From the NCBI GenBank assembly GCA_951406725.2, contig OX597818.1, positions 63,674,001-63,738,000 on the forward strand: a stretch of 64,000 nt of DNA, given 5' to 3'. Source of the DNA: Octopus vulgaris. Its lineage: Eukaryota. The notes under the pieces are model-generated. The model had not been told where the DNA came from. It searched no databases and worked only from the letters and a program-made list of their open reading frames with translations. Shown in pieces: positions 14,506-27,549 of the stretch (its first letter is position 1; each line of letters opens with the position of its first letter). A program made the translations under genes and the position numbers.

Positions 14506-16575
14506 TTTTTTTTTCTTCTTTCAAATTTTCTTCCATTTCTTGCCGAGTGGCTTCCCGACTCCTAGGGCAAAGAAACTCATAGTGTATATTGGTAGGCCAT
14601 TAAACCAAACTCAGTAGTTCGTTCATTTTTTTTTCATTTTTTTTATTTTTTAGTTAAATTATAATACATGAGCAGCAACAGTTCTCACATCGACAATGCT
14701 CTTCTCAATACGTGTGATGTACCAGTTAAGACAATCTTTTGCACTTCTTGCAGGGATGGTAAGCCAGGGATCATTCTCATATAATTTTCGGTTCCCTTCT
14801 TGATCATTCCTAGTGCTCCTACGATCACTGGTATTGTAACCGCCTTGAGATGCCACATTTTCTCAATTTCAATGAGTAGGTCTTTATATTTTCTGAGCTT
14901 GTCAAACTCTTTCGCTGAGATATTATGATCACAGGGGATGCTCATGTCGATCAATAAGCAAACTTTATTGTTTTGGTCTTTCACAACATTATCTGGTTTA
15001 TTGGCTTTGATAGTTCGGTCTGTATGTACTGGAAAGTCCCACAGAATGGTTACATTTTCTCCTTTAGTTACAGCCTCAGGGTGGTGATTATACCACTTGT
15101 CGGCAGTTTTGATATTGTAATGCCGACTTATTAGCCAGTGGAGATATTGGCCAACTCTGTCATGTCTTAATTTATACTCCACTGGTGCTAAGACTTTACA
15201 TCCAGAGATTAGGTGGTCCACTGTTTCAATCATGTCGTTGCAGAATCGGCATTTTGGGTCTGCTCCATTTTTCATCTCATTGGCCTGGTAGTTCCGGGTT
15301 GATAGGCTTTGGTCTTGAGCAGCCAGGATGAAACCTTCGCTCTCTGCTTTTAGCCCTGAGCTCCGCAGCCACTGATGGGTTTGCTTCAGGTCAACATCAG
15401 CTTGTTTGCTGCGGGTTACATATTTGCCGTGCAGAGGTTTCTCCTCCCACCTATCAGCCAATTGCTCGTGCGCTTTTTTCATTGCCATCATTTTCACCTT
15501 CTTTGCAACAATAGTTGCCGTACTTCCCTCGGGTTGTTCAGTTTGGGTATCCTGCACGAGATCAATAGCAAATTTTTTGCTTTCCTTGATGATAGAATGA
15601 AGCTGCTTTCGTCTCTCGTGATTTTCCACGAGCTTTAGCATCCAGTCATTCGATATTTTGAGATATTTGGCCAGTCCAATTGTGGTTGTTTTGTAAGCTA
15701 GTTCAAATTGGATCAGGCCTCGACCTCCTTGGGCTCTGGGAAGGTAAAGGCGATCTACGTCTGCCTTTGGGTGGTGCATCCTATTACAACTCAGCAGCTT
15801 GCGTATTTTTCTATCTATATTCTTTACTTCACTCATATTCCAGTTCAACACATTGTAACTATAAGTAACAACTGGAACTGCTAGGGAATTTATAGCTAAC
15901 ACCTTGTTACGTGCATTTAGTTCAGATTTCAGGACTGCACGAACTCTCCTATAACATTCCTTCCTGATTTTCTCTTTCATGCTTGCATGCTGAATACCAG
16001 AGCCTTCATTTATCCCTAAATATTTGTATGTTTGTTCTTGCTCAAGCTCTCTTATGACTGTGTCAACATCTAACACGACTGAATTTGTGGTCTTCAATTT
16101 CCCTTTCTGGAAAGTGGCCTTGGCACACTTCTCAAGTCCAAACTCCATCCCGATGTCATCGCTGAATGCTTTCACGGTGCGCAATAGGCCTTCAAGTTCA
16201 TTATTGTCTTTACCATAAAGTTTTAAGTCATCCATATAAAATAGATGGCTTATTTTTTTATTGGCAATTTTATACCCATACCCTGTTCTGTTTAATTCAC
16301 TTGTAAGGGGTATTAGGGCTATGCAGAATATTAAAGGTGAAAGTGAGTCACCTTGAAAAATTCCACAGTTGATGTTTATATTTTCTGAGGCAAGTACTCC
16401 ATTAGAGTGGTATAATTGGAGATTCGTATTCCACAACGACATATTGTGTTTCAGGAAGTTTGAAATCACAGGGGAAATTTTGAAGATGTCCAGCGATCTC
16501 AAGATCCATGGATGCGGTATACTGTCGAAGGCCTTTTTATAGTCAATCCATGCGGTGCTGAGATTTCTGCGCTTA

Positions 16576-16577
<2 letters not shown>
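14505..16577 (-). mobile_element. R4/Dong-clade non-LTR retrotransposon, 5'-truncated, inserted in (TAA)n
   Basis: RT plus restriction-like endonuclease ORF, ~180-bp 3' UTR and short A tail. (TTA)n on both sides (14440-14504 and 16578-16775). Confidence 0.93.
14685..16576 (-). CDS. Partial Dong/R4 ORF: RT, CCHC zinc knuckle and RLE endonuclease (~630 aa, uninterrupted)
   Basis: WIDYKKAFDS, GIFQGDSLSP, HLFYMDDLKLY, FGLEKC, YKYLG, CRFC-x8-H-x4-C, RHD, KPD, D...E..K..KY. The poly-Asn N-terminus of the listed ORF comes from the flanking TAA repeat. Confidence 0.92.
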
Positions 16578-16672
<95 letters not shown>

Positions 16673-16686
16673 CATTATTATTATTG

Positions 16687-16777
<91 letters not shown>

Positions 16778-17291
16778 TCCATTCATCCATTCGTTGATTC
16801 ACTGCATGGAATTGAACCGACAACCTTTGCGGTAGAAGCCACTGCTATTAAACATTACGGTATATGCCCGTGGGCATATAGCGTAATATATTGTTATTAT
16901 TTGGATTGCAAGATTTATGTCAGTCTCTCTTTCTCCTTCAAGTGCTGTAATCCACAGAACTTTGACAAAAATTATGGAAGCATCTTCTACCACTGGCAAG
17001 TCCATTTATCTAATTAATGAGCCCATGACAGATTATATATTCCGGTGAGAATATGCAACTGCAGAACACACAAACTGGAGTTTAACTACCGGATACTATT
17101 TAATACCATACCGACTTATATATGTATATAAATATATATATAATTATTGAAGTAGATAAATGAATTATCTTATTACGGATTATTCAAATGATAACCGATA
17201 CCTGGGTAGCAAAAATCACAGCAGAAAAGCACGGTTGAGATTACGACCATGGGGCCTAAAATCCGTGCCTTAGTGCGGAAATTTGAAGTTT

Positions 17292-17456
17292 TATATATTT
17301 AGTGTAGGAAGAAATGGAGCTGAACAAAGATTTAACAAAATTCCTTTTCATTATTTTCTAAATATGTTTCAAAGGCTGCAAAGTATGTAGAAAATAATAA
17401 AAAGGAATTTTGTTAAATCTTCGTTCAGCTCCAGTTCTTCCTACACTAAATATATA
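17292..17456. repeat. Fold-back inverted repeat, ~73-bp arms
   Basis: tatatatttagtgtaggaagaaatggagctgaac... versus ...gttcagctccagttcttcctacactaaatatata. Confidence 0.9.
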
Positions 17457-18656
17457 TATATATAGTGATAATGATGATATTCCTTGGATGGAATTTATTA
17501 ATATATCAATAGATCACTACACGCGTTTCTATGAATCGCATCTTTCAAAACTCCAAACTAGTTCTGGAGTCAGCATCATTATATTGTCGCCGGCATTATA
17601 GAATAAGAGCCTCATTTGCATATTCAAAACGTTTCCCCTCACCAAATTGAAAAGACGTGTTAACATATGTATGTATTTATATACACACAAACACACACGC
17701 ACGCACACATAAATGGAATGATGGATAGATTTATGTATGTATTGTGTATTGATTTGTGCATTGTCTATAGATTTGAACAATTTGCACTTGATTACACAGG
17801 GGTCAGTCGCATTTGAATGCTGGGAATTTATAGCAAAGAGAAAAGAGAGACAAATCTATGCAAAGAATATGCATTCAATATACATTTGGCACAACCTATA
17901 AGCCTCCCGAATTTGTAGTCGTTCTTAGACATTTATAGCACTATTCTGACTTTTTGAATCGTCAGTTGGGCATAATTTGAGACCAATAAATTAATCTAAA
18001 CTCAACATTTTAATCATATGTTGTCAAAATAATTTATAGTATAATATGCGTTTTCATTTTTAATAATTTTCTTTTTCCTCCAGTCTCACTTAATGTATGA
18101 AAGACAGGGTGGAGATCATGTTACGTATTGGTTTATTTCCTGAACAACTCTGAGGTGCAAAATTTTCGCAATAACGTGTTTCCACAACGAACAAATTTCA
18201 GAAGCCCTAATTTTTGTTTATCTTTCTCGAAGCAAATACATTTTTCAATTCGTTGGGATGAGATTGAATAGGCATTCGTCATGTCTCTCTGGCCAAGTGT
18301 CTTTTACTGCTTGTTTTCAGTGTATGCGTTAACAAATGTAGACAGGGTGTTACCAACGCCTAACTCTCTCCTGGTTGTTTATTACTATACGGGACACAAT
18401 CTTTTGTTGGTTCAACTAATCCAAATTTAAAAGTTGGGAACGTATAGCAAAAAAGAAAAAAGTGAAGCATATTTTAAGCAATAGAGATTTTACAGTGATT
18501 GAGAAATGAGAGAGAGAGGGAGGATTTCTTACATATAGTTTTAATATTCCCATTGCAAATATATGTGTGTACGTATGTATGTATGTATGCATGTATTTAT
18601 TTGTGTATGTATATCTATATGTGTGTATATATTTATATCTATATCCATATCTATCA

Positions 18657-18958
<302 letters not shown>

Positions 18959-20820
18959 GCTTTCTCGTATTTCAAATACTTCAGCTAACTGCATCCACTG
19001 CACGTTGACGTTTGCAAGTTTAATCGCTTCATCAGTTCATCAATGCCTTTATCAAAACTACGGAGAGGCTGACTACACAGTTATTGATTTCCAACATTAA
19101 ACTGTTTTTGTTAGATTTTGTATACCTTCATATTCAGATCATATGTATACACACCAGAACTCTATCTTCATATTATTATGCGTTGCATCTTCTGCTGTCA
19201 TTTGAGATATTATTATCAGATGCTAATAATTTAATGACTGTTATTCAATTCTCTTCCTTGTCAGTTTAAAATTTTATCGTAGTGTGTGAGGCTGTTAAGT
19301 GCAAATTAATTTCTATCAGATGAGTGTATGACCTTTTTTCCAAAACATATAATCTCATATATTTATTGGTGGGATTATACTTCAGTTTATAATAATTTTT
19401 ACTCTCTAATTTCCTAATATTAAATCGATAACGGGGCGGATTTAATAAGAATTTCAATCTGGTTTGTTTTCAAGCAACAATACACAATTTTTACATCTAA
19501 ATAACAAACATTTTTTCTCACACGAACAAATTCTTACTACAACTAATACACTACAAATACGTACAACGAGATAATATTTCTGAAAAAAATACTACTGGAT
19601 TTAGTGAATTTAATCTTTTATTTGTCTGTTCCTCAACAACTTTTACATTCATATACTTTTCCTTCCGTTAATCATGATATAATTGCATATAAGCTCATAG
19701 GGAATTTCGAATCATACTGCTATTAACACAACGCAAAACTTAGAGAAATATTTATAATTTAATTACTGTTGAGCTGAACAAGATTACGCGTATATACATT
19801 CGCAATTATTATATAAATGTTAATGGTGATTGATATTTCGCTTTGATGATATTTAAACATTACATTACTTACCGATAAATAAGAATATCGTTTATGAAAC
19901 CATGATCAAACATATGTGTTGCATTCATTGAGAGGAACCTGTATTAGTTATCACTTTAATATCTGTATTGACCATTATAGCAAAACATTTCAAGTTTTCC
20001 CAACGGCAATCTCACAGAGAACAGTTTCATATTTGATAATGTGCCAATTTAATTAATGAAATGAAAAATATATTATACCCATCCACTAGCTGAATATGTG
20101 CTTTGCAACCGTTTTCGAACTCATCTTTTAAGGGCGAGTGTTACGAGTAATGTATCGTTCCAAACAAATGTTTATGCTTTTAATAAAATTCAACCTACAT
20201 CACCAACGCAACTTTCGAACACATTATGAACGACTATTACATTCCAGACAAACGGAACTATCTTGCCAAACTTTAATAGAATTGCGTTTCTTACCGTAAT
20301 AGCACACATAAATAATCAGTGAGTATCATATAAATATAACTTTATTAACGACTTAGATGTGGAATTAGGTTTAATACAAAATAAATTTCAGAAATATTAA
20401 TTAACTCGTAATATTCGGGAATGAAAACTCTATATGTTTGTCATAAATTTAGTATTATATGTTGATATCAGTATGTGCTTGGGTCTAAGGCAAATGGATT
20501 CGAATAATTTCAGATGCTATAAATTAAGTTCGTGTAACTGAACAGAATGTTCCATAATAATAAGCAGCAATTAAGCACTGCTATATTGTTTATGATTGTT
20601 AATAGTATTATAGGTATAAATCATTGGAATTCGTCTCTTTCTTAATGCAAACAATTATATAACACATCAGTCAACATTTAGAAATAATATATTTACATTT
20701 CCCAAGTATTGTGGTTTGACACTGATTCTAATGAATAATAGAAAGCTCGGTGTTTGCAGAATGTAAAGTAATTAGAATTATGTGCACGCACACATACACA
20801 CACATTCACACGTATATGTG

Positions 20821-20879
<59 letters not shown>

Positions 20880-20913
20880 GTGTGTGTGCATGTCTCTCTC
20901 TCTCTCTCTCTCT

Positions 20914-20961
<48 letters not shown>

Positions 20962-22072
20962 TAAAAACACGCATGCACACGTGTATGTGTATCTGTGTAT
21001 GTATTTATATATATATATATTTATATTCAAAATATGTAGCCGGATATCATTTAGTAATGCAGTACGAACGTTTCAAGCGGCTCCTTTTGATTGAACAAAA
21101 CAACTATTACATCAATTTAAATTCAGTGCTGTCTTCAGCTGCACAAAATATAGTTTTTTTTTAACAAGAAGAACATATTAATATAATCTTTCTTAAATAT
21201 TTTAACAGAGTAAGGATGTAGAAGAAAGTCATGTTGTTGCTATTGTACAAAGTGGCTAAGAATAGGCTACAATTCCTTAGAATAGCAAGGAGCATGATGC
21301 GGTCGTAGGGTTGTAAGGCTTGTAATTCATTTTTAATATATTTATCTCTTTATCATCTATTAAATCTGAAACTAGAAGACTGTGTCTATTTTGAATAAAG
21401 AACAGGAGTAAGTTGACAGCTCATGGCTAGGTATGGTCAGAAGTAGTATCATAGGGAAAGGACATAAGACATTAGGAAGAGTCAATTTGATAGAAGTAAC
21501 TGCCCCCCACCACCCAAAAAATAAAAAGAGGCAAGGTAGGGCAGACTTTAAATTATGATATTAATTATCAGTTAAAGGGACCAGACACTAAGAAATTTAA
21601 GATGCTAATGCAGAGAAAATTTATTAGTGACACAATGGGAGTGGGGATTTTCTAAACAATATTGTTATGTTGTATAAAATAAAATTTAAGAATTCTAAAA
21701 TATCATAAACAATAGTTAAGATGTCTGTATATATCAATTATAAACATTAAAAAGGAAGATGATGTAGAATCAGTTTAACAGCCATTCTTGTACTTAATTA
21801 ATTATTAGGTGGTTTCCGTAAAGACTGCTCAAGGCAGTTACATATGAAATATCTGGAAAGATGTACATACTGTCTATAAATTTTAAGTTATGAACCAGAT
21901 GCGGGATATTGAGGTACTGCTAATACATAGACATATTTAAACACAAATCTAAAGTTAAATCATATTTAAACATAACATCTAAAGTATTAAAGATATAAAT
22001 ACTCAAAAAATATGTACTGATATAAGTATATGTAGAATGTAACATAATGCAGATATATACATATACAAGAAG

Positions 22073-22131
<59 letters not shown>

Positions 22132-22612
22132 CATTAACACACACACATGTGCATATATGCATATATACATATACATATGCACAAATATTTATTCGGCTAC
22201 ATGAATATAGTATAAGTATCTTGCATAGACCTAAGTAAATGAAAAATACAAATTTACGAACGAAAAGCAATAATCTATATGGAATAAGAGGTTACTAATT
22301 AAGGATATGAAAATAAGAAAACAAAATAAGAAGAATTTATAGAAAATAATTGTATTAACGTGTCATACTTGTTAAAATAATTTTATATTTTGTGTAGCTG
22401 CAGAGAGCACTGCATTTAAATTGCTGTTCACTTAAATGTAGCCGCTTGAAACAGTCGTAGTGCATTGCTACTTGAAATACTCAAAAACTTATTTTGCTTT
22501 TATTCACCTTATTTGGAGCTGTGTGGATAGTACCGGACTTACTTTGTGCTTCATCTTAAGTACCTAATTCAACTGAATATTGATTATTTCTACATATGTA
22601 TATGTATGTATG

Positions 22613-22733
<121 letters not shown>

Positions 22734-22779
22734 ATATATATATATATGAACGAGATAGAAGCAACAAGAATGGATTGGT

Positions 22780-22870
22780 TTTTAGTACAATTGTTTCATA
22801 CAAAGACAGGCTTTATTACAAGTTGCAAAAATTGCAGCAGATAAAAGTGTCCCGTACTCATCAGCTAAAA
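22780..22870 (-). ncRNA. Hammerhead ribozyme in the inverted 5' pseudo-LTR
   Basis: Reverse-complement copy of 27161-27251. Confidence 0.85.
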
Positions 22871-23313
22871 TACATTTGAGTTCTCTAGACATCTTAGTGG
22901 GTGAGGTTATACTCATGAAATATTGGAGATAGTTCCATTAGAGGCAGATATAGGTTGTAAACAGTTTTCCAAAGTTCCTTAATGATGATGCACAGTCTTA
23001 TCACAGATTTTTCAAAAACTTATTAGTTTCGAAGAGAAGATGAATCAATCCATAGTGTAGATTTAAATTTCCAGAGATATGTATTTAACCATTATTAATT
23101 CACAATCATTTCATGCTATATGATAAGGTAATTTGCCATGTTATTGCTCTCCGTGCAAAACTCCTATGTTGAGAATTCTAAAGGCTGAAGGAATTTATTT
23201 GTGGGGCAAATAAAATAAAATAAGATAAAAGAAAAAGGAAAGAGACAAGGAAAAAAGAAAAAAGAAAAAAAGAAAAAGAAAAAAGAAAAAAGACAAAAGA
23301 AAAAGAAAAAGAA

Positions 23314-25659
23314 AAACCATGCGAGCACAGAATCAACCTTAAAGACCACAAAAAGAATTTCTTGGAAAACCCTTCGGTAAGGTTGATTTGTCCAACTAAG
23401 TCGGACATTGGCCGACTTAGTAAATCTATCCTGCATACTGTTCTACCCCAAATAACCCCTTTTCTTCCCTTAAGCCTATGGCTAAATACAGATGAAGTTC
23501 TAAAATGGTTTAACTCTCTAAATAATACTAGTAGTCTGTCCTTTATTCAGTTCGATATAAATAGTTATTACTCTAGTATTTCCCCTATCCTGCTAAACAA
23601 ATCACTAATTTTTGCTATGAATCGCTCCCTCATATCTAGAGAAGAAATCAATATTGTGCTACTAGCTAGGAAAACATTTATAGAATTTGAGGATAAGGTA
23701 TGGACTAGAGCAGATACACCTAATTATTTTGATATACCCATGGGTTCCAGTGATTCGGCTGAGGTAACTAACCTAGTAGGCGCGTATCTATTAAAATGCA
23801 TAAGTAAGGATATTCCAGAACTACAGGGCGGTTTATATAGGGATGATGCTCTGTTTGTTATCCCTAGTAATAATAAATCTAGTATAGAAAGGATTAGAAA
23901 GAGAATTAATAAGTTTTTTAAAGATTTTAACCTCAGCATAACGTATGAACCTGGCACTAAAATAGTTAATTTCCTAGATATTACGTTAGACCTTAACTCC
24001 AAGCTGCATTACCCATTTAGAAAAGAAGGCGAAATCACGAGATACGTAAACAAATTATCCAACCATCCACCAAATATAATTGAATCTTTAGCCAGAAATA
24101 TTTCATTAAGAATTTCAAAATTATCTTCAAATAAGGATATATTTAACTCCCATTCTGAACATTATAATACAGCGTTAACTAAGGCAGGATACAACCAAAA
24201 AATTACATTCATAGATAAGGGGAACTTACATATTCCTAATAAATAAGTTATCATTAATCACATAAGCAGCAATATAGACCAGGCCTGAAATAGAAGTAGA
24301 AATAGATTCACGGTAACCGCAAATCTAGCGTACAAGCCCAATAATTCAAATAGAAGTAAAAACCAAAGAATAGATAATTCGGATAAAATGGAATTAGATA
24401 AATCAAAAATGCACACAAATTATAGTAGTAAGTACAATGACTTTGATAAGATGAATAATAATAATAATTCTACGAACCCTGATTCTAATTCAAGGAAATT
24501 TAATAGAAATAAAAAAAAAAAAATAAAAAAAGATATAGTGTGGCTGAATATTCCTTTCAACTGTGCGATTCAATCGGATATACAGAGCAAATTCAAAGTA
24601 ATTCTAGAAAAAATATTCCCAATCTCTCATAGATATCATAGAATTATTTCTAAGAAAACAGTTAGAATTTCTTATTCAACCCTCCCAAATATGTCCACTT
24701 TAATAGCTAAGATTAATAATAACAACATTAAACTAGCCAGGAAAGATGAAAATAAAAATAATAATAACAACATGAATACCAATAACAATTATAACATTAC
24801 TAACAACAATAAACGCAACAATAGTAACTATCAAAACACGGATGGAATCAGTAACCACAAAACGACTAATAATAATATTAGCAGTAATAAGAGTAGTAAT
24901 AATACCGATACTAATAGAAGTAAAAATGTTAATAATAGAAGTAAGGCTAATAGAGAAAACGCGGAGAAGGAAAATATCAATGATATCTATAGTAACAATA
25001 TACAGTTTGATAATAATACTAACAATAATAGTAACATTACTAATAATGTGAATAATCATGGTAGGACTTTAGACCTAAAAGATGGATCAATAGGATCAAT
25101 AAATAATAACAATGCTTTAGATAACAACACCAACTATAAATATAATAATAATAATAAAGATAATTATACTCATGATAATCATAATAATAAGAACATAAGA
25201 CATCTACCCATGAATAATCCAACTTCTGAAGTTGTTCCTCCTGCGTGTAAGTGTAGAATTAAGTCAAGATGCCCGGCACCCGGTCTTTGTGGGGAAAATA
25301 ACGTAATCTATAAATGTACCATATCTACTGAGAATAACAATTTTTTTTACATTGGGTGCACAATAAATTTTAATAAAAGGGTTAGAAACCACATCTCATC
25401 TTTTGGATTACGTCATAAAGCTGGTACCACCACACTTTCAAGTAAAATTTGGGAACTCAAAAATAATAAGAATTATAATCTTAATTGGGAAATAGTTAGG
25501 AGAGCAATACCGTATAAAAATAGCAGGGTTGGTTGCCAACTCTGCTCAATGGAGACCTATGAAATTCTAAGGCATAGAAAAAACTTGTTAAATAACCATA
25601 TTGAAGTAGGACAAGTTTGTGTCCACGCTAAATTGAAGACCCTAAAATATTTTGAGTGA
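23314..25659 (+). pseudogene. PLE polyprotein: RT (23314-24243) and C-terminal GIY-YIG endonuclease in one frame, broken by TAA 24244 and TGA 24286
   Basis: LKDHK..NPSVRLI, FDINSYYSSI, PMGS, LYRDDAL, VNFLD, SNHPP; then CKCRIKSRCP (CxCx5C), VIY..YIG, R..H, CQLC..E, CVH. ORFs 23362 and 24388 share one frame. Confidence 0.88.
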
Positions 25660-27160
25660 ATAAATGTATAGAACAATCGTAACAAGATAGGTAGATAAAT
25701 ATAACCGGGTCTTTTAATAGTATAACATTATTTTTTTAAGTAGATATCTGCGATTTCTCACACTATACTTATCTTTTTCTTTGTAACTACACCTGATTTT
25801 AAACTTTGGGAAATTAAAATAGTATTCGTACATTGCTTAATTGAAAGTTTATCTAATTCTTAATTCTTAAATCTTAATTTTTAGTGTTTATTTAATTCTT
25901 AAATCTTAATTTTAAATTTTAAATTTTTAATTTTTAATTTTGGAACTTAATCTAGTTTAGGTAACACTACTTTAATAAATTAATTTACTAAAGCTTAACA
26001 ATTCTATTACAGAATTAATTAAGCGAAGAAACTCCCTTGAAAGTAGTATGATAAATTTCAATAAAATAGACAATTCCATCACACCTTGTTAATTAAATTC
26101 TAGGTTTTGACCGGTAGTCCGTTGATGTTATTGATAGTAACGGCTACAATTTTTAAGACGGTAACATGAATAAATAAATAAATAAATAATTTAAATGACC
26201 TCTGGTTAAGGGTTGCACTTAGATCCTTTCTCTTATTGTATTTCCTTTTAACGATAGCTATTGACCCCTCTACCCCTGACCTTGTTTATCTCTTTAAATT
26301 CTCTTTAGATTCATATCTGCTTTCATCCGTGTCAGGTTGATAGTAAATAGCTGTGTACTGGTCAAAAAAATAATTTTCTTTCCTCATAGTTCCTGAATTC
26401 TTAAAGATTCTTAAAGATTCAAGCTAACTAAGCTATCTACAAATTCTTCTGTATTTGGTCACTTAAAAAAAAACCCTCCCGCTAAGTTGTCGCAGTATAC
26501 TCTATATAGGCGCCTTTTCTTTTCTCCCCATTCCACTTTTTCTTTTTTTCTTTTCCTTTTTCTTCTTTTTCTTTTTTCTTTTTCTTTTTCTTTCTCTTTC
26601 TTTTCCTTATTTCTTCTTCTTCTCCTTTTTCTTTTTCTTTTTTCTTTTTTCCTTGTCTCTTTCCTTTTTCTTTTATCTTATTTTATTTTCTTTGCCCCAC
26701 AAATAAATTCCTTCAGCCTTTAGAATTCTCAACATAGCAGTTTTGCACGGAGAGCAATAACATGGCAAATTACCTTATCATATAGCATGAAATGATTGTG
26801 AATTAATAATGGTTAAATAGATCGTCTGTGAGTATGAAATCCATCATCTTACCACTGGAAATGTAAATCTTCACTATGGATTAACTCACCTTTTCTGTGA
26901 AGCTAATAAGTCTTTAAAAACCTGTGATAAGTCTGTGCATCATCCTCCTCATATCTCTGGAAATTTAAATCTACACTATGGATTGATTCATCTTCTCTTC
27001 GAAACTAATAAGTTTTTGAAAAATCTGTGATAAGACTGTGCATCATCATTAAGGAACTTTGGAAAACTGTTTACAACCTATATCTGCCTCTAATGGAACT
27101 ATCTCCAATATTTCATGAGTATAACCTCACCCACTAAGATGTCTAGAGAACTCAAATGTA

Positions 27161-27251
27161 TTTTAGCTGATGAGTACGGGACACTTTTATCTGCTGCAAT
27201 TTTTGCAACTTGTAATAAAGCCTGTCTTTGTATGAAACAATTGTACTAAAA
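27161..27251 (+). ncRNA. Type I hammerhead ribozyme in the 3' pseudo-LTR (long stem II, palindromic stem III)
   Basis: ttttag CTGATGA gtacgggaca...tgtctttgtat GAAA caattg TA ctaaaa. Confidence 0.88.
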
Positions 27252-27392
27252 ACCAATCCATTCTTGTTGCTTCTTTCTCGTTTATAATCACCCCACATTA
27301 CTGTATGGATAACACCATATAGTTTTTCTGGTGCATCTAAGTTAAATACCACATTCAAGTAAATTCATTGGAAGTTACTTGAATCTTAATTG

Positions 27393-27464
<72 letters not shown>

Positions 27465-27549
27465 TGTGTGTGTGTGTGCATATGGTATGTATATATGTAT
27501 GGTAGTTGTTTACTCCATAAGCAGAATTCGAATACCTCCGTACCTAATC

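Larger units (their letters stand above)
14265..16880 (-). mobile_element. Old PLE pseudo-LTR unit (tRNA-like head, (AAT/AAC)n linker, HHR tail) split by the Dong insertion
   Basis: 14265-14440 matches the HHR-bearing tail at 30030-30170, with decayed core CTGGTGA...GAAACGTT at 14316-14361. 16795-16880 matches the tRNA-like head at 29895-29940 and 48780-48856. Confidence 0.6.
22748..27281 (+). mobile_element. Penelope-like retroelement, 5'-truncated, with 5' inverted pseudo-LTR
   Basis: 22748-~23315 is the reverse complement of ~26580-27281 (the right copy has ~130 bp extra). RT and GIY-YIG lie between, there is an HHR in both repeats, and the left end abuts (TA)n. Confidence 0.92.

Noticed and set aside
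16578-16823. Poly-Asn N-terminus of the 712-aa ORF as a genuine domain
   Set aside because: It is the (TAA)n target site. RT homology begins mid-domain at ~16576.
24286-24288. In-frame TGA as selenocysteine in the PLE
   Set aside because: Preceded by an in-frame TAA and lying in a non-conserved linker; no SECIS identified.
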